Positions 61,201 through 64,000 of a DNA stretch of 64,000 nt are shown here, in pieces. A model generated the notes under the pieces. That model saw only the letters and a program-made list of their open reading frames with translations. It had not been told where the DNA came from and ran no database searches. Origin of the DNA: Ginglymostoma cirratum (lineage: Eukaryota); assembly GCA_024137785.1 (NCBI GenBank), contig JAHRHZ010000012.1, positions 70,042,853 through 70,106,852 of the forward strand, given 5' to 3'. Position 1 is the stretch's first letter. Every line of letters begins with the position of its first letter. The translations under genes and the position numbers were made by a program.

Positions 61201-64000
61201 CTATTAGTGCTCTTATGCAGGCAGCCATTATATGTACATGGTGTGGGTATCAGATTGTTTGAAGGTGCAAAACAAAAGTCTAAAGCTTACTTCAAGCCAT
61301 CTTTGCAAAATTTGATTTTAATAAGCAGTAGGGTTGAGATCTACCATTGTCTATGTATAAAGCCAGGTTTGTGGTAACTCTTAATTGGGGCAGCATAATA
61401 AAACATGTCTGACTTCTGGAATGCACCTTGTGTCAGCTTGGAATATACATTTAACTTGAAAGTTAAGGACAGTGATTCCCTCCATTGCCTTTATTAAAGC
61501 AATGGTGGTTGCTTATTTCTGAAAGGCTTTGTGGGCTACTTTAATGATAGGACAGCTTAAGCCTCATTGTGCATTGTTCCTTTGCCATGACTGATAGGTC
61601 ACACCCAATGCCAAAGGCAGTATCTGCTGTAGATCACGCACAGCCTGGAATCTTTGTATTTTCTCCTCCCACTCCTCTTCAATTGCAATATAACTATCAT
61701 CAGTAGGAGCCACACCTATGCACTTGGCAAAGAAACTCCTCAGGACTGGTTAGGTCTCGTAGTACTGCATTGATTCTTTGGAATCATCTCTTTTATGTTG
61801 CAATATTACTGTGCAGCAGTGGACTGTTGTACAAGTTCATAATTGACTATAATAGCATTTAATCTCCTTTTACTTTGGCAATTTTTGATCACTTTTTGGC
61901 AGCTCATATTAAGAGCTTCATACGATTGGAGCAGCAAACTGGGCATTCACGTAAATTTGGCATTCTGACCCTGAAACTTCAATGGGCTGACGCTGTAACC
62001 ACAAGAGGTTGGATCAGCATTCTACATTGCTAAGCCTCACCTTACGGTGGTCTTTCAGAGATAGCCTGGTGGTGACTGAAGCCTCTTTCTTCCCCTTTAA
62101 AGGCCATTTTTAAGGAGTGACTGAGCTCAATGAAGGAACATCTTACACTTAATTTTTTGGGACCAGAAAATAAAATGTTTGCGCCATCTCCAAACATTTC
62201 AATACACTTTACTCATTCCAAAAAATAGCATTAATTCATGCAAAAGCTCAAGGATATCAATATTCATCATGAATATGAAAGGCATGCTGGAGCTCACAAA
62301 CCGATTAAAGATGACAGCAGAAGAATCAATCAATTTTTGCAATTTTTTTTGGGGCGGTATTAGATTGAAGTTGGCTAGTTGAACTGTAGTCTTTTCAAGC
62401 CATGAACTTCCTTAGGTTCCAATGTTGTCACAGAGGGAATGTATACATATATATGATTTTCTCCTTTGTTGATATAAGTCATCTTTTTGTTAAATTCAGG
62501 GTGCCACATATGATTGCTGAGCAATAATTTATAATCTGCTAACATGGATCATGACCTTCTAATTCCAGTTACAATGGCAGCAGGCAGATATGTGTGAGAA
62601 ATCCTACAATTAGTTATTTTTGTAGGCTCTCCCTTGATTCAACGGTGATGTCTACTCAGGGTTGAAAGTCTCTGCTGTAGATTTTCATGTTACTCACAGG
62701 ACAATTCTCAGCCATAGATCTTTGGGCAAATGGGGTGGATATCCCACTAGGCGAGGCAATCCAGAGTTCAGCTTCCTGCTAGTGTTGGCATTTGGAAGAT
62801 GGAAAGCTTGTTCACTCATGTCATTCTCTAAATTTTAGAACTGTACCACTTTATTGTTTCACAGGATGATTAATTCTCAAATAAAATAATTTATAATGTG
62901 AATTGTTGACCATTACAAGTTTAAGCAATAAAAATAATTATGTAATAAATTGAAATTATTTTAATGTGGTCATAATAATTCTGCCATATTTGGATCACAT
63001 TCCAAAGAAACCCGTTCATTTATATCCCAGGCTTTAAAAGACTACTTGCCATCATTTGTGGATATTTTTTATATATTAGTATCTTCTGTAAATTTTCCCC
63101 ACTCATTTGCCTCCTAATCCTGCTGATGCCAGGAACTGCTTTCTGTCTCCTTGACCACCATTTCTGTGAGATTCAGCAGAGTATTCAATTGGTCAGAGCC
63201 TCACAATTCAGACCTATTCTGCCCTCACCATATGCCCTTTTCTGGGACATATGCACATCCGGCAGAGTTTACTGGATAACAATCAATTGGAGAACAAAGG
63301 TGAGTTCCCAATGCTTAATCCAGGGATGTTATGGTCTGTTGTGTCACCTCTCTGATTGTCTTAGCCGAGGTTAATTACTCCCAGTATGGAATGGAGATTG
63401 AAGTTGGAACTTCCTGATATTAATGGTCCAATTATACTTTGCCATTGCTTTTGCCTCTGTGTCTCAAAATTGAGCCATGGGTGGATTTTTTTTCCACTTC
63501 ATTATCTTTGGTATTATTGTTATTTTCTCCTGTTCCCTATGCAGCATCATTGGTCAAGAAAGGAGTTCAGGTGCTACTAGGGTTTTACCATTGATGTAGC
63601 ATTGTTCAAGGAAGTAAATCATTGTGCCAGAGATTTCTGCAAGTGTTTTCCTATTACTCATATATCCATAATTATGTGACGCTTTATCACAAAAATCCAG
63701 CAAAGATCCAGGATATAGCATATGGAGTACATTTACTGTGAGTACCTAGCTGTTACTTACGGAGCTGAATGCTGGCACCCAGCCTTGGCTTTTATCACTT
63801 TTGCACATGACCAAGCACCCTAGCATGTCCTTCCCTCACCTAAATTCTTCAACTATAAGTATTTATTCTGGATAAGTCCTTCAGAAGGTCCTGAAACTGT
63901 TCTATCTAACCAACAAACGTCTCTTCAAGTTCATACAGGAATATATGACCAAAGGTTGCACCCATTTCCAACCCAGCTCTGAATCCAACATTCTAACATC

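Overview
Vertebrate genomic DNA, almost certainly from a shark (inferred from HE1-like and Deu-domain SINEs, CR1 LINEs and palindromic Penelope-derived repeats). The window holds the 5' part of a Groucho-family corepressor gene, TLE1, on the minus strand. I read eight coding exons with canonical GT-AG boundaries from ATG 48141 down to a 17-nt microexon at 3266-3282; they encode the Q domain, GP domain and start of the CcN region, and the rest of the gene lies beyond the left edge. A CpG-rich, CCAAT-rich promoter lies at about 48.5-49.1 kb. Introns and upstream DNA are AT-rich and carry many decayed retroelements. Best second-look items: (1) an intron-7 read-through tail (GEKQGRPD*) matching the mammalian Grg1-S short isoform; (2) an in-frame alternative donor adding [10 protein letters not shown]; (3) hammerhead-ribozyme cores in young Penelope-derived insertions; (4) a Gmr1-type Gypsy remnant with integrase before RT and a tRNA-Pro-like PBS; (5) a candidate poison exon and short uORFs. 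I found no convincing wholly novel multi-gene system. Repeat boundaries are approximate and family names come from recognition, not database searches.
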